Positions 37,524-48,888 of a stretch of 64,000 nucleotides of DNA are shown here, one piece after another. This stretch comes from Polyangiaceae bacterium (lineage in GTDB: Bacteria; Myxococcota_A; Polyangia; Polyangiales; Polyangiaceae): the NCBI GenBank assembly GCA_050287085.1, contig JBNKBE010000014.1, positions 96,001-160,000 on the forward strand, read 5' to 3'. Positions within the stretch are counted from its first letter, which is position 1, and each line of letters opens with the position of its first letter. The notes beneath the pieces were generated by a model. That model saw only the letters and a list, made by a program, of their open reading frames with translations. It searched no databases and was not told the origin of the DNA. Position numbers and translations under genes: made by a program.

Positions 37524-37587
37524 GCGATGCCAACCAGCGTTGCTTCTGCCCAGCCAGCGGGCAGCGCACCTGTGGTTGACTTTCGCA

Positions 37588-39090
37588 ATGGGCGCAAATA
37601 GCGTCCATGTCGTGCCAACTTCAATCCGTCGCGACGCATTGGGCCGAATGTGCCCGCGACGCGAAGGGAAAGCTCGCCGCAAGGGCTGGCTTCATGGGGG
37701 CGCCCTAGCGCTCGCTTTGCTGACGTGGTGTGCGCTCGCGCCGGCAGCTGAGCTCGACGCGACGCCCGCGACTTCCGCGGCCCTCGCGACGACGACGCCA
37801 AAGACCTCTCAGCCGGAAACCGCTCGCGTGAAGCCAGCAGCGGCTTCGGCGACGCCGTTGGCCACCGCCAGCCCTCTGCCCATGGCTCAGCCGACGCTCG
37901 ATCGAACGTCCTTCGATCCGGACTTGGCCTCGACACTCGACCCTGTTCTCCTGGAGGCAGCGGCCGATCTCGAGTTGCAGGGTGCACGGGTCCTGCCTAC
38001 GGGGTGGGGGCCGATTGACGAAACGGCGTTGCTCGCACTCGGCGAACAACACTGGGCATTTCAGGCCCAATTGCAGGCGAGCGAGGATCACCTCATTCTG
38101 CGACTGAGTGCCGTCGCCCCAGGCAGCGGTGTATTGGTTTCGCATCGCCTGCGGGTCACGCGCGATTCCCTCGAGGTCAATGCGGTGCGAGCCCTCAGCA
38201 CGATCGTCTATCCGGAGAGGTCGTCGCGTCCGCGCCGTATCGCTCCCCCCGCAACGCCGCATCCAGAGAAGAAGCGACAACTCACCGGTCGAGCCATCTT
38301 GGCGGCACAGGGCGTCACAATGGGAGGCTACTTCGGTTTTGCCCTCGATTGGATGAGCGGCTCCGAAGGCTCCAATCTGGTCTTCCCCCTGATGACGTTG
38401 GGGGCCGGCGCAGGCCTAGGCGCAGCCCTTGTCGCGGCAGAGGAATGGGAAGTCAACGAAACTGAGGCGAGATACCTCTGGGCGGCAGGCACGTGGCCAA
38501 CGGTCGGAACACTGCTCCTGACAGGCAGCTCCCACACCACGGGTGACGCCAACCATAGCCTGGCTCTCGGCGCCGGCGGCGCTGGCATTCTGCTCGGCTC
38601 GATTGCGCTCAGCACCGGAGGGCTCAAGGAAGGAGCTGACGCCCTTTCACACTCGGGGGCGACGCTCGGAGCATTGCTCGGCGGCATTGGCGAGTTGATG
38701 GTGCACGGCACAACCGATGAGATACCCCAAGCAGGGCTCGGGCTCGGCATGCTCACCGGCGTCCTCGTGGCCGGCTCCAGTGCCCCATGGATGCCACGCA
38801 TCGGCGTATACCGGGTGATGTTCGCCAACCTGAGCGCCGGTCTGGGTGCGCTAGCGGGCGCGGCTGCGCTCAGTCCCTTCCTGGTGAGCCGAACCCAGAC
38901 TCCCGCCGTAGCGCGAACCTGGTTGGGAGGCACAGCGCTCGGAGCGGTGGGTGGAGCCGTCCTGGGCTTCGCCCTCACCGAAGACGAAAAGGAACCGGCC
39001 AAGCCGCGCTTGCAGTTCACCGTGAACCGCGAGCGAAGCCCACTCACCGGCGAAGTCTATCCAGCAGCACGCCTCGTAGGGCACTTTTGA
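37588..39090 (+). CDS. Hypothetical exported/membrane protein with Gly-rich hydrophobic C-terminal helices
   Basis: ORF 37411..39090; signal-like ALALALLTWCALAPA; many GxxxG hydrophobic segments; start uncertain. Confidence 0.65.
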   Translation: MGANSVHVVPTSIRRDALGRMCPRREGKARRKGWLHGGALALALLTWCALAPAAELDATPATSAALATTTPKTSQPETARVKPAAASATPLATASPLPMAQPTLDRTSFDPDLASTLDPVLLEAAADLELQGARVLPTGWGPIDETALLALGEQHWAFQAQLQASEDHLILRLSAVAPGSGVLVSHRLRVTRDSLEVNAVRALSTIVYPERSSRPRRIAPPATPHPEKKRQLTGRAILAAQGVTMGGYFGFALDWMSGSEGSNLVFPLMTLGAGAGLGAALVAAEEWEVNETEARYLWAAGTWPTVGTLLLTGSSHTTGDANHSLALGAGGAGILLGSIALSTGGLKEGADALSHSGATLGALLGGIGELMVHGTTDEIPQAGLGLGMLTGVLVAGSSAPWMPRIGVYRVMFANLSAGLGALAGAAALSPFLVSRTQTPAVARTWLGGTALGAVGGAVLGFALTEDEKEPAKPRLQFTVNRERSPLTGEVYPAARLVGHF

Positions 39091-39092
39091 TA

Positions 39093-40007
39093 GTGCGCAA
39101 CTGGCTTAGCTTTCGGGTGGGGGAAAGCGATTCAGGAGCGCGCGCCGATAGCTTTCTAGCTCGGCAAGAGCTGACCCTCTCACGCCGGACTCTATCTCAG
39201 GTATTCGAGCAAGGGGGGGTCTTGCTCGATGGGGTTCCGACCCGGAAAGGGACGCGCCTGACGGCGGGCCAGGAGCTGCGCGTGCGGGTGCCCCCGAGCG
39301 ACCAAGCACATCCGAACCCCGACCTGAGTCTCGAAGTGACGTACCAGACCGACGACCTCGTCGTCGTGAACAAGCCGGCTGGACTCCCTTCAGCCGCGCG
39401 CGACGGAAGCGACAGGCGCACCGCGGCCAACGCCTTGGTCTATCGCTTTCCGGAAATGGCCGGCGTCGGCTACTCCCCGCGCGAACCCGGACTACTCCAC
39501 CGCCTGGACAACGACACCTCCGGCGCGCTGCTCGCGGCGCGTAGCCCAACCAGCTGGCAAACGCTGCGCACCGCGATGGACAGCGGCGGCATACTCAAGC
39601 AGTACCTGGCGGTCACTTCGCCGCCCCCACACGCTCAGGGGACGATCGAGGTACCCTTGACCCCCAATGGCCGACGCGTACGAGTGGATCCAAGAGGTGA
39701 ACGCCCCGCACGCACCGACTATCAGCTGCTGCAATCGGTTGGACCGTTCAGTCTGCTATTGGTGAGCGCAAGACGCGCCTACCGACACCAGGTCCGCGTC
39801 CACCTAGCCAGTGTGGGGGCCGCGCTGGTGGGCGATCATCAGTACGGGGGACAGCCCGCTCTGAAGCGACATGCGCTCCATGCTTGGCGCATCGCATTCG
39901 ACGGCACGCCCGAGCTTCCAGGATTTGATGTTAGAGTCGCTTTGCCCCTCGACCTAAGAACACTGCTCATGGATCTCGGCGCAAGAGAGCCCTTCGAGCC
40001 CCGGTAG
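39093..40007 (+). CDS. RluA family pseudouridine synthase with S4 domain
   Basis: RAD.FLA, VVNKPAGL, catalytic LHRLDNDTSG, HQVRVHLA, GDHQYG, LHA; start GTG 39093. Confidence 0.92.
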   Translation: MRNWLSFRVGESDSGARADSFLARQELTLSRRTLSQVFEQGGVLLDGVPTRKGTRLTAGQELRVRVPPSDQAHPNPDLSLEVTYQTDDLVVVNKPAGLPSAARDGSDRRTAANALVYRFPEMAGVGYSPREPGLLHRLDNDTSGALLAARSPTSWQTLRTAMDSGGILKQYLAVTSPPPHAQGTIEVPLTPNGRRVRVDPRGERPARTDYQLLQSVGPFSLLLVSARRAYRHQVRVHLASVGAALVGDHQYGGQPALKRHALHAWRIAFDGTPELPGFDVRVALPLDLRTLLMDLGAREPFEPR

Positions 40008-40051
40008 GTTGAGCCCTGAGCCCAGCTTCACTCGGTGCGAGAGCGACGACA

Positions 40052-41920
40052 CTACGCCCGCCGAGCCATCGCGCTCCGGCCCCGCTTTGCCCCCGGAGTC
40101 GTCACACGGGAAGCCGCCACCGGCGCTCGACGACGGCATGTTGGCTCCGGCGCGGCCGCGCCCTGCAACCCAACGAGCAGCAGACGACACAAGGCCACAC
40201 ACAGCTCCGACGAAGGGATCCGGGGTTTGACCAGCAACACGCGCTCCTCCGTGAACTGTCCGCGACTCCACTGCAGGAGAGCACCGACGAAAGCTGGCTC
40301 CGCAGCGCAAACTTCGAGCAGAGCACGATGGGCCACCGAACGCTCTTCCACTTTCACAACCATCACCGGCTCGGCTAGTCCTGCAAACAAGCGATCGCCG
40401 CTTTCGACCGCAACCTCAAACGCAAGCAGTCCCGGCGTCTGACGGGGCGGACGGAGCACCAAGCGAAGCTCGTCGACCGCGTCGTCGCAATCGGCCCGGC
40501 GGGCGTGCAACACGGTAGGATAGCCGATCCGGGCCAGGCGTCGCGCAAACGAAGTGAGCACCTGGCCCTGCACTTGAAGTACCGAACGCAACGCGGAAAG
40601 TCCCCCTAAGGGGAAATAGAGCGGAACCAAGGCACTGGTCGCGACAAGTCCGGCGACCCCCCAATAGGGCTCGCTATCAAGCAACCCCAGACAGGCCACA
40701 ACTGTCATCAGGCCACTGCCGGATAGAACTAGTAGCCCCAGCCAATTACCCGCATCCAGCACTCGTCCCCATCCCAAGGGAGGGGGTGAGGCCATGCTGA
40801 GAGCTTCTTCCGTGCTGCATATTTCCCAGCGACCGGGGCCCCGGGGTGAGGCTCTCCCAGCGCGAGGCACCATGACCGAAAGCAACAGCGCAACCAACCA
40901 CAAGAACGCGGCGCTGGTCGGTTCCCTTACGTCCGCGGCCAAGACTATCGCTGCGGCAAACGCTAGGCCGATCGCGCTCATTCGCAGCCACGTCACCAGG
41001 GGCAGCAAGAAGGTGACGCGCGCCCTCGTCTGCTGGGCGAGGGCACTCAGCCAGCGCCACTTGAGCCAGAGCAAGAGCGCATAAGCGAAGCCCGCCGCCA
41101 GCGCCCAAACCAGAACCTGGTAGCGCTGAGCGCGAGCTGCGGGCCGCACTCCAACCCCAGTAGCGGCGGCAACGGCCCCGCTCGGCTCGGACTCCGGACT
41201 TTCGACTGCAACCTCGCCGTCGAAACCGCCAAACAGCTCTGGACTGACCAAGAAGGACCAAAGCACGCGTTCACCACGAGCAACATGTGGTCGCGTCAGG
41301 GTCAACACGTCGACCTCGGCTTCACGACGAAGCTCCGACAAGAAGACACCGTCGGCGCCCGAGGCCAGCTGCACGCCATGTGCGTCCTGAACCCGCGCCA
41401 ACACCGGCTCGCCACGTCCCCGCGGCAGGCGGAACTCGGCCGTCACCGAATCCACCCCGTCGGGCAATTCGATGTGCCGCCACCGAACCTCACGCCGCCC
41501 CTCAGGATCTCGCACCGCGCCATCGCTCACCAAGCGCGTTCGGTAGGAGAAGCGAACCCAATACTGACCCCCTGAAACGCCCCGCTTATAGCTGAGCTGC
41601 AGCTTGAGCGATTCTCCATCAACGGTCGGTACGAGAGGGATCGGATAGCCCGCCTCCTGCCCCGCCCGAGCACGCACAATCGACGCTTCCCCGAGGGGTT
41701 CGGCATCGCTGTCGACGCCCCGCACCATCAGCGACTTGAGCGGACCACCTCGGACTGTCACCGCGAGCTGATGGCTGATGAGGGCCCCGCCATCTGGATC
41801 TACGTCCACCACCACGCGGTCGCCGTTGACCTCGAGCGAACTCCAAGCCCAGACCCGCAGGGGTGCAATCCACGCCAGAACGCTTACGATCAGGCAAAAC
41901 CAGCGGACATCAGCACGCAC
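40052..41920 (-). CDS. Hypothetical membrane protein with exported DUF2207-like N-terminal domain
   Basis: Signal peptide; V.V.PDG.A.I motif; about 5 TM helices in the C-terminal half. Confidence 0.6.
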   Translation of the reverse strand: MRADVRWFCLIVSVLAWIAPLRVWAWSSLEVNGDRVVVDVDPDGGALISHQLAVTVRGGPLKSLMVRGVDSDAEPLGEASIVRARAGQEAGYPIPLVPTVDGESLKLQLSYKRGVSGGQYWVRFSYRTRLVSDGAVRDPEGRREVRWRHIELPDGVDSVTAEFRLPRGRGEPVLARVQDAHGVQLASGADGVFLSELRREAEVDVLTLTRPHVARGERVLWSFLVSPELFGGFDGEVAVESPESEPSGAVAAATGVGVRPAARAQRYQVLVWALAAGFAYALLLWLKWRWLSALAQQTRARVTFLLPLVTWLRMSAIGLAFAAAIVLAADVREPTSAAFLWLVALLLSVMVPRAGRASPRGPGRWEICSTEEALSMASPPPLGWGRVLDAGNWLGLLVLSGSGLMTVVACLGLLDSEPYWGVAGLVATSALVPLYFPLGGLSALRSVLQVQGQVLTSFARRLARIGYPTVLHARRADCDDAVDELRLVLRPPRQTPGLLAFEVAVESGDRLFAGLAEPVMVVKVEERSVAHRALLEVCAAEPAFVGALLQWSRGQFTEERVLLVKPRIPSSELCVALCRLLLVGLQGAAAPEPTCRRRAPVAASRVTTPGAKRGRSAMARRA

Positions 41921-42034
41921 GTGCTAGCCGCTACGTCAAAGCCGCGAGACGGGCCAACAATGTGGCCGCGCCGCACCGACTCATGAACCAAGAGGACCGT
42001 CTCATCCCTGCGACCGGCGCGGGGATGATGTCAA

Positions 42035-43924
42035 CTACTGTGCAGGAGACGCAGTCGCTTGGGCAATGCCTGCCAGGGACGCAGCCGCGAGGTCCTCGGC
42101 CGCTGTGCGCGGCAAACTCCCGACCCAACTCGCCCGCACTTTGTCACCTTCGCGGAAGGTCTGGAAACGCAGCGTCATGGGCGTCTCACCCCGATTTGGC
42201 ATCGCTTGAAGGACCATTGTAGTGGTTGCTGAATCAAGGCCGCGCTCGGCTCGAATCAACTGGAGCATACCGCGAGCGGAGGTCGCGAGCTGTGCGTTGC
42301 TGGGCACCGACTTGAGCTCTTCCAAGCCGGGGCGAGTTGCAAGCGTCGACTCGGCGGGCTGGGGTGCCAGCTGGAACTTCGCACGCTGGGCCAGAAGCTC
42401 AAGCTCGCCTCCACCCAGCAGCCAGCAGCGTTCGCCCGCGGGAACCAATAACAGGTTCTTGCGCACTCGCTCTCCCTTCTTCGGAGCGGGCCCGAGGAGT
42501 GCTTCTGTCGTTCCTCGACCCAACGTCTTGCGCCACAGCTGCGCATCCACATCGAGTGAGTAGGCCACCGTTCCTTGTGGCAACCCGCTCGGAGTGCGCG
42601 CTTTGGTGATGGCCGGCAGCGCACCGAAGTCCTCACCTGCCTTTTCCTTCAGCAGCTTTCTGAGGGACTTATCATTGAGTACCGCAATCGTCGTTTCCAG
42701 GTAACGCCGGGTCACCGATCCGTCTTCGGGCAGTCCGCTGACCACATAGGCCAGCTCTCGCCCAGGCTCCCCGGAAACCCCCAGCGCAGAGACGGTATCT
42801 CCAGTCAGCAATCCCTCAGCCTCGAAGGCCGCTTTCCAATCATCCAATAGGGCATTGCTCGTGCCCCCCATGACCGCAGCGCTGGCGATGAGTTCCGAAA
42901 GGGCAGCCAGGGGAACTGCCACAGCCGCTTGTTGATGGTGCCCCGCGTTAAAGGCAACCAGCCCCGCGTCGTGAGGCAATGCCCAGAAGTGTTCGGTGGC
43001 CACGCTCTTGTCGTCGGCAAGCCCGGAAAGAAACCCTGCAGACCAGCTCTGCGAACCGGCATAGATCACATCCACCTGCGCGCGCAGTCGTTCCGGCTCG
43101 GAGTCAAACGTCAGTTCAAGAGAGACGGTATCCAGCTCGTGACTCAGTGCTACCAGCTCGCCCGCAAGCCCGTGCAGCACTTCGGCCAGGGCGGCATCAA
43201 AACGCGGATCCCCTTGGGCCAACTCACGGAGTGCAAAAGGCACCCCGGCTTTGATCAGGTTCGCTTGCTTGCCATAACGCGCCCGCAAAGCTTCCGAATA
43301 AAGCACAACACGAATGTCACCCACACCGATGTCGACGTCCGGCAAAGTGGTTGCCATATATGGAGCCAGGACGTCCAAGGCTCGCCGTTCCTCGCTGCAG
43401 ACCAGACGCGCGCTGTCCGGCTTGGAACCTACCGCGATCGCACATTCCGCATCTCCTTCAAGCGTCAGGTAGTGCATGAAGGGTGAGATCTGCTCCACCG
43501 CGTGGCCACTCGCACGCAGGCGTTCGAGCGCAGCCATGTGGTCAGATAGCGCTAGCGAAACGCCAAACAGCGCTTCCGGCTGCCCACGCACCTCGGGATC
43601 GAGCACGGCCGCGATATCGAGCGAGCGATCAAAGCGAAGGAGCGAGGCGAGCTCAGGAAAGCGCTCAGCCACCGCGTCTTCCCACGGCAAGGGCAAGTTC
43701 GTATAGGCCCCCGCGTGCGTGAGCGTCGCCGCTGGCTCACGCACGCGAGCCAGCGCCACGATCTCCCGCGGTGCTGGCGCCGGCGCAGGCAATACCGGCT
43801 CGGGTTCCGCCGTCGCAACGGGCGCCGTTTCGACCTTCGGCGTCGGAGCAGGCTCGGCGGGTCCCCCACACCCCGATGACCACACTACACAAGTCAACAA
43901 GCCCCAGGCCGGTGTAAACCTCAT
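42035..43924 (-). CDS. Large hypothetical lipoprotein
   Basis: MRFTPAWGLLTCVVWSSGC lipobox followed by a Pro-rich linker. Confidence 0.75.
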   Translation of the reverse strand: MRFTPAWGLLTCVVWSSGCGGPAEPAPTPKVETAPVATAEPEPVLPAPAPAPREIVALARVREPAATLTHAGAYTNLPLPWEDAVAERFPELASLLRFDRSLDIAAVLDPEVRGQPEALFGVSLALSDHMAALERLRASGHAVEQISPFMHYLTLEGDAECAIAVGSKPDSARLVCSEERRALDVLAPYMATTLPDVDIGVGDIRVVLYSEALRARYGKQANLIKAGVPFALRELAQGDPRFDAALAEVLHGLAGELVALSHELDTVSLELTFDSEPERLRAQVDVIYAGSQSWSAGFLSGLADDKSVATEHFWALPHDAGLVAFNAGHHQQAAVAVPLAALSELIASAAVMGGTSNALLDDWKAAFEAEGLLTGDTVSALGVSGEPGRELAYVVSGLPEDGSVTRRYLETTIAVLNDKSLRKLLKEKAGEDFGALPAITKARTPSGLPQGTVAYSLDVDAQLWRKTLGRGTTEALLGPAPKKGERVRKNLLLVPAGERCWLLGGGELELLAQRAKFQLAPQPAESTLATRPGLEELKSVPSNAQLATSARGMLQLIRAERGLDSATTTMVLQAMPNRGETPMTLRFQTFREGDKVRASWVGSLPRTAAEDLAAASLAGIAQATASPAQ

Positions 43925-44050
43925 GGCGCATGACGCTAGCCCGCCTTCGCGCTCGTGCAAACCAATCCGCAGCCAAATCCGACATGTGAGCGCACTCGAC
44001 CTAATTCGATGCGGCTGACGACCGGACCGACGGGCGAGGGCAAAATGCTC

Positions 44051-44082
44051 AAGGCCCGACCGAGCATTGCCGGTCGGGCCTT
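44051..44082 (-). terminator. Hairpin terminator downstream of dnaK
   Basis: Perfect 12-bp stem AAGGCCCGACCG-N8-CGGTCGGGCCTT, 41 bp after the dnaK stop. Confidence 0.7.
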
Positions 44083-44122
44083 GGCGAATCGTGGCTTGTC
44101 TCACGACCCACGCGCGGGGACG

Positions 44123-46021
44123 CTAGTTGCTCTCTTCGAACTCAGCGTCGATGACGTCCCCGCTGCCACCCTTCGGTGGCGGGGCGGCTTCGCCCGCAGG
44201 GGCGGACCCACCACCGGCAGGCGCCGCATTCTGGTACATCTTCGTTGCAACCTTGTGGGCTTCGGCCTCGAGGCGCCCTAAGACGTCCTGAATCTTGGAG
44301 TCGTTCTGTTGCTCTACAGCCTCGCGCCCTTCTTTGACCAAAGACTCGATGCTCTCGATTTCGGCAGCGTCCAGCTTCTCCTTATTCTCGCCGATCTGCT
44401 TCTCCAACGTGTAGCACATGTTGTCGAGCTTATTCCGTCGCTCCACTTCGTCACGACGGCGCTTGTCCTCTTCTTCGTGCTCCGCGGCTTCAGCCACCAT
44501 GCGCTCGATATCGTTCTCTTCAAGACCGCTATTGGCAGTGATGGTGATCTTCTGATCCTTGCCGCTCGCCATATCTTTGGCGGTCACGCTCAGAATGCCA
44601 TTGGCGTCGATGTCGAAGGTCACCTCGACCTTGGGAACCCCGCGCGGCGCTGGTGGAATGCCATCGAGGTGGAACTTACCCAACGTACGGTTCTGACCCG
44701 CTTGGGCTCGTTCACCCTGGAGTACGTGGATTTCCACCGACGGCTGGCTGTCAGCCGCCGTTGAGTAGATCTCCTTCTGCTGCGTCGGAATGGTTGTATT
44801 GCGCGGTATCATCACCGTCATGACGCCGCCCAAGGTCTCCACGCCCAGGGACAGGGGAGTGACGTCCAGAAGAACGACGTCTTTGACGTCACCAGACAGG
44901 ACGCCACCCTGCACTGCAGCGCCGATCGCCACCACTTCGTCCGGATTGACGCCCTTGTGCGGTTCTTTGCCGAAGAACTCCGATACCGTCTTCTGAACTA
45001 GTGGAATACGCGTGGAGCCCCCCACCAGGACCACTTCATCAATATCCTTTGCCGACTTCTTCGCGTCCGCGAGAGCCTTGCGCACCGGCTCCATGGTGCG
45101 CTCGATGAGCGGCGCTATCATTTGCTCCAGCTTGGCGCGGCTGAGCGATACCTGCAAATGCTTCGGACCGCTTGCATCGGCCGTTAGAAACGGAAGATTG
45201 ATGGTCGCTTGCTGAGTCGATGACAGTTCGATCTTGGCCTGCTCCGCGGCGTCTTTGAGCCGCTGAATCACCATCTTATCTTTGCTTACGTCAATGCCCG
45301 AGGTCTTGCGAAACTCGTCCATCAGCCAGCGCATGACGGTGTCGTCAACGTCGTCTCCCCCCAGATGGGTGTCGCCGTTGGTCGAGATGACCTGCACCAC
45401 ATTGTCGCCCACCTCGAGAATCGAAATGTCGAAAGTACCACCGCCAAAGTCGTAGACGGCGATGAGCTCGTTTTCCTTCTTGTCGAGCCCATAGGCTAGT
45501 GCCGCAGCCGTCGGCTCGTTGATGATGCGCTTGACCTCCAGACCGGCGATCTTGCCCGCGTCTTTGGTCGCCTGTCGCTGAGAGTCGTTGAAGTAAGCCG
45601 GTACCGTGATGACCGCTTCCGTTACACTCTCTCCGAGAAAAGCCTCCGCGGCCTTCTTCAGCTTGCTGAGCACCTTGGCACTGACCTCAGGGGGCGCCAT
45701 GCTCTTGCCTCGCACCTGAACCCACGCGTCGCCGTTCTTGCCCTTGACAACCTCGTAAGGCACTCGTTCAGCGTCGCTACCCAATTCGTCAAAACGACGA
45801 CCAATGAAGCGCTTGACCGAATACACCGTCGCCTCCGGGTTGGTCACGGCCTGACGCTTGGCGATCTGACCGACCAAGATCTCGCCCTTGTCGTCCCAGG
45901 CCACAACGCTCGGCGTGATGCGCGACCCTTCCTCATTAACGATTACAGCGGGCTCTTTGCCGTCCATTACGCAGACAACGCTGTTGGTCGTGCCCAAGTC
46001 TATTCCAATGATCTTTCCCAT
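44123..46021 (-). CDS. dnaK: Chaperone DnaK (Hsp70)
   Basis: [54 protein letters not shown]-terminal DAEFEE. Confidence 0.99.
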   Translation of the reverse strand: MGKIIGIDLGTTNSVVCVMDGKEPAVIVNEEGSRITPSVVAWDDKGEILVGQIAKRQAVTNPEATVYSVKRFIGRRFDELGSDAERVPYEVVKGKNGDAWVQVRGKSMAPPEVSAKVLSKLKKAAEAFLGESVTEAVITVPAYFNDSQRQATKDAGKIAGLEVKRIINEPTAAALAYGLDKKENELIAVYDFGGGTFDISILEVGDNVVQVISTNGDTHLGGDDVDDTVMRWLMDEFRKTSGIDVSKDKMVIQRLKDAAEQAKIELSSTQQATINLPFLTADASGPKHLQVSLSRAKLEQMIAPLIERTMEPVRKALADAKKSAKDIDEVVLVGGSTRIPLVQKTVSEFFGKEPHKGVNPDEVVAIGAAVQGGVLSGDVKDVVLLDVTPLSLGVETLGGVMTVMIPRNTTIPTQQKEIYSTAADSQPSVEIHVLQGERAQAGQNRTLGKFHLDGIPPAPRGVPKVEVTFDIDANGILSVTAKDMASGKDQKITITANSGLEENDIERMVAEAAEHEEEDKRRRDEVERRNKLDNMCYTLEKQIGENKEKLDAAEIESIESLVKEGREAVEQQNDSKIQDVLGRLEAEAHKVATKMYQNAAPAGGGSAPAGEAAPPPKGGSGDVIDAEFEESN

Positions 46022-46453
46022 TTGTGTCTCTCCTCCGCGCGAACCTTGGGCCGGGCGGTGATTCTCCGAACTTCGAATCGGTCAGAGCTAGTGCATGAAT
46101 CGACCACTCTCTACCCCCAGCGGCGGGCCCCGGAGCCACGAACCTGGACGGGACCCATGGGGTCCGCACAGTCCGCTGCCTTCACGGTCCGCTGTGATAA
46201 ACTCGCTGTTCAGGCTGGGAAGCGGTGGTGCGGCGAAAGTAACCACCTCAGTCTGCAGGTCAACACCACCCCCCCCAACATTTCCGGCGAACTGCGGTTT
46301 GTACTGACTCGACAGGCCCGCCGCTCGCGGGCCGAGACGACAAACGCCGAGCGCGTTGACAATCAGGCAACCTGCGCCGATAGAGCGCAGGCTGCCTGGT
46401 GTGTCCACGGGGAAGGGCCAAGTGCCGGGCGTTGCGCAGACGAAAATCAAGCC

Positions 46454-47245
46454 ATGGGAGGAAGCACACGTGAGGCTCTCGAGATATTTCAACCCGTTCG
46501 GGCCTCCCGGGACTGCGTGTGGCTGGCGTGTTCCACTCCGGAGGGGCTCAGCAACTGGCAAGCCGATGAAGTTCGCGGCGACGTGAAGGTCGGCAGTACC
46601 CTGAGCTTTGGCTGGCCTACCCTGGGTGCCGCGCTGGAGGTCGAAGTCGTCGAGATCGTCAACCGCCTGGCCGTTGGCCTGCGCACAGGCCGGACCTCCC
46701 TGCGCGTCGAACTGGCGCCGGGTGGGGTCCGACTTCGCATCAACGACTACCCCACATTTGACACGGCTGCCTATGAAGCCTCTTGGCGCTTGGCGTTGGG
46801 GGAGCTCGCCTTCTACGCGGAGCATCATGCCTCCGCACGCAGACGGGTGCATCGCCGGACGGCAACAGCGCGGTGCTCCGCTGAAACGGCCTACCTGGCG
46901 TTCTCCGAAGCCCCGTTGCGCAGCCTGTGGCTGGACGCAGGTGAGAGGGCCCAGGGGCAGGGCGAAGCTCCGCGGTGGAGTGCCGCACGTATCGCGAGCG
47001 ATCAACCAGGACACGGACTGGTATTGGCTCCCCAACTCCCCGATGCACCGCTGCTGGTGATGCGCACGCTGCCAGGACCGGACACGGCTGGAACCCGAAC
47101 TCTTATGCTGGCCTGGTCGGAATGGGACGCTACGACGGATAGTCGTGCGGTCGAACGCGACCTCGACTCGGCCATCAAGCGCCTAGTGCGCTGGCTCGAG
47201 AGCGGCAATCCAGCCATCGAAGGACAGCGACCACGCTATCCCTGA
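46454..47245 (+). CDS. SRPBCC (AHA1-like) domain protein, probably tandem
   Basis: VW.A.STPEGL..W, G.V.VG....F.W, W..AL..L..Y.E; second weaker repeat; start at ATG 46454. Confidence 0.7.
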   Translation: MGGSTREALEIFQPVRASRDCVWLACSTPEGLSNWQADEVRGDVKVGSTLSFGWPTLGAALEVEVVEIVNRLAVGLRTGRTSLRVELAPGGVRLRINDYPTFDTAAYEASWRLALGELAFYAEHHASARRRVHRRTATARCSAETAYLAFSEAPLRSLWLDAGERAQGQGEAPRWSAARIASDQPGHGLVLAPQLPDAPLLVMRTLPGPDTAGTRTLMLAWSEWDATTDSRAVERDLDSAIKRLVRWLESGNPAIEGQRPRYP

Positions 47246-47286
47246 GCCCGCTCGAAGAGTTCTTTGGTGAGCGAAGGGCCTGAACG

Positions 47287-48144
47287 TCACGGCGCCACGG
47301 CGTCCCGACAACAGCGAACGCCCGTGCTGTAGTCGAAGTAGGTCGGACCGTGAGTGGCGATTTGGGCCGCACACCCCTCGTATGTTCGGCGCGCGTAGAA
47401 GCCCCCCCGGAAGACGCCCTCAGGCTCGTCCACCCACTCGTCGAGATTGCCCACCATGTCGTAAGCCGCGTCGTTTCCCCAGCGGCTCGCGCACGCCTGG
47501 GATGCCCCTGAAACCCGCAGTACCGGTGCGTCACCCTCGAGCTGCAGGAGATTCAGCCGCGGGTCCAGATGCCCACTGGAAGACAAGCCGTGCAGCAGCG
47601 CCGCTGGGTGGTAGGGACGCCCCACATTACACGGCCCCACCCGGTAGGTCGCTCCGTACGGGAATTGATGGTCGGCCTCCCCACGACACGCGCGTTCCCA
47701 TTCAGCGGACGAACACAGGCGTTTACCTGCTGCCTCGCAGGCGCGCCGCGCGGAGTAGTAGCTGTGATACCCCTGCGGCACCATACCAGGACGACTGACG
47801 GCCATCGGCGTCGGCTCGTGCTCACGCTGCCAGGCACTGAGCGCGGGCAAAGCCATGCCGCGAGCCTGGGCCGGGCCAACACGACCGCGCAACACATCCC
47901 AAGTCTCAAAGACATACGTGTACCAACGCCGCTCAGGTGGATAGAAGGGCGATAGCGCCTGCCCTGTCGAACGATCGACGGAAGCGGTCTCGTAGCGATC
48001 GATACAATAAGGACCGACGTCGACCATGTCGGACGGACAGCGAGGGGACTGGCCCACGGCCCCCCGCGGCGCCAGAGCGCCCACGAAGACAGAGCAGAGC
48101 ACCCGTCGCCAAGTCCGAAGCCGCCGCGGCTCCAACCTGAGCAC
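47287..48144 (-). CDS. FGE-sulfatase (SUMF1/EgtB/PvdO-like) domain exported protein
   Basis: CPSDMV.V..YCIDRYE, C...GKRLC...EWE.AC.G, DMVGNLDEW, RGG, GVRCC; start set at GTG 48144 to avoid overlap with yqgE. Confidence 0.85.
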   Translation of the reverse strand: MLRLEPRRLRTWRRVLCSVFVGALAPRGAVGQSPRCPSDMVDVGPYCIDRYETASVDRSTGQALSPFYPPERRWYTYVFETWDVLRGRVGPAQARGMALPALSAWQREHEPTPMAVSRPGMVPQGYHSYYSARRACEAAGKRLCSSAEWERACRGEADHQFPYGATYRVGPCNVGRPYHPAALLHGLSSSGHLDPRLNLLQLEGDAPVLRVSGASQACASRWGNDAAYDMVGNLDEWVDEPEGVFRGGFYARRTYEGCAAQIATHGPTYFDYSTGVRCCRDAVAP

Positions 48145-48145
48145 C

Positions 48146-48727
48146 CTATGCAGAGCCCACGACGCGCGAGGTGAACGCCATCGCGCTCGCCCCGATGTTC
48201 TCGTATGCGCGTAGCCAAACGTCGTTAGCGTCGCGCTCGGTGCTGTCAAAAAGCAGGTTCGAGTCTGCGTCCAGCGGTAGCCAGGAGCCCCCACGAATCT
48301 CGTCTTCCAGCTGGCTCGGGCCCCAGCCGGCATAACCTGCAACCGCCAATAACGAGGTTGGGGCTCGGCCTCCGGCGATCTCAGCAAGCACGCGCTTCGA
48401 AGAACAGGCGATGATATCCGGTCCAACCTCGATTTGTTCTTCGACCGCCTCATAACGGTCGCGCTCTGGATATAAGAGCCAAACGCGCTCGGGGCCTACC
48501 GGCCCGCCAAGGCGGACGCGACCCAGTCCGTCCGCGTCTGGCTCAGCCGCCATCTCCGCCTGCAAGAGCAGCTCCGAGAAGCTCATCAGCTCGCGACCGT
48601 TGATGACCCACCCAAAGGCCCCCTCCGCTCCGTGGGCAGCCAGCAATACGACCGAACGCTCAAAGCGCGGGTCACTCATCGGCGGCGCGGCGACGAGCAG
48701 TCCGGGAGCCAAGGTAGTCATGCCCAT
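48146..48727 (-). CDS. YqgE/AlgH (UPF0301) family protein
   Basis: LLVA.P.M.DP.F.RSVV....H...GAFG.VIN, GGPV, GYAGW...QLE.EI..G.W. Confidence 0.93.
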   Translation of the reverse strand: MGMTTLAPGLLVAAPPMSDPRFERSVVLLAAHGAEGAFGWVINGRELMSFSELLLQAEMAAEPDADGLGRVRLGGPVGPERVWLLYPERDRYEAVEEQIEVGPDIIACSSKRVLAEIAGGRAPTSLLAVAGYAGWGPSQLEDEIRGGSWLPLDADSNLLFDSTERDANDVWLRAYENIGASAMAFTSRVVGSA

Positions 48728-48888
48728 AGACTAAGACCACAGGGCGCGCACGTCGAGCCCCTGGTGCATTCGTGCCCCCTCCCGACCCATTACAGGCGCT
48801 CGTCGGAACCCAAGACTTGTTTTGCCGCCGTCAGGACGCCCCCCTCTTAAGCCGGTATCCGGCAAGCCGTTAGATCCTGCGAAGGGCG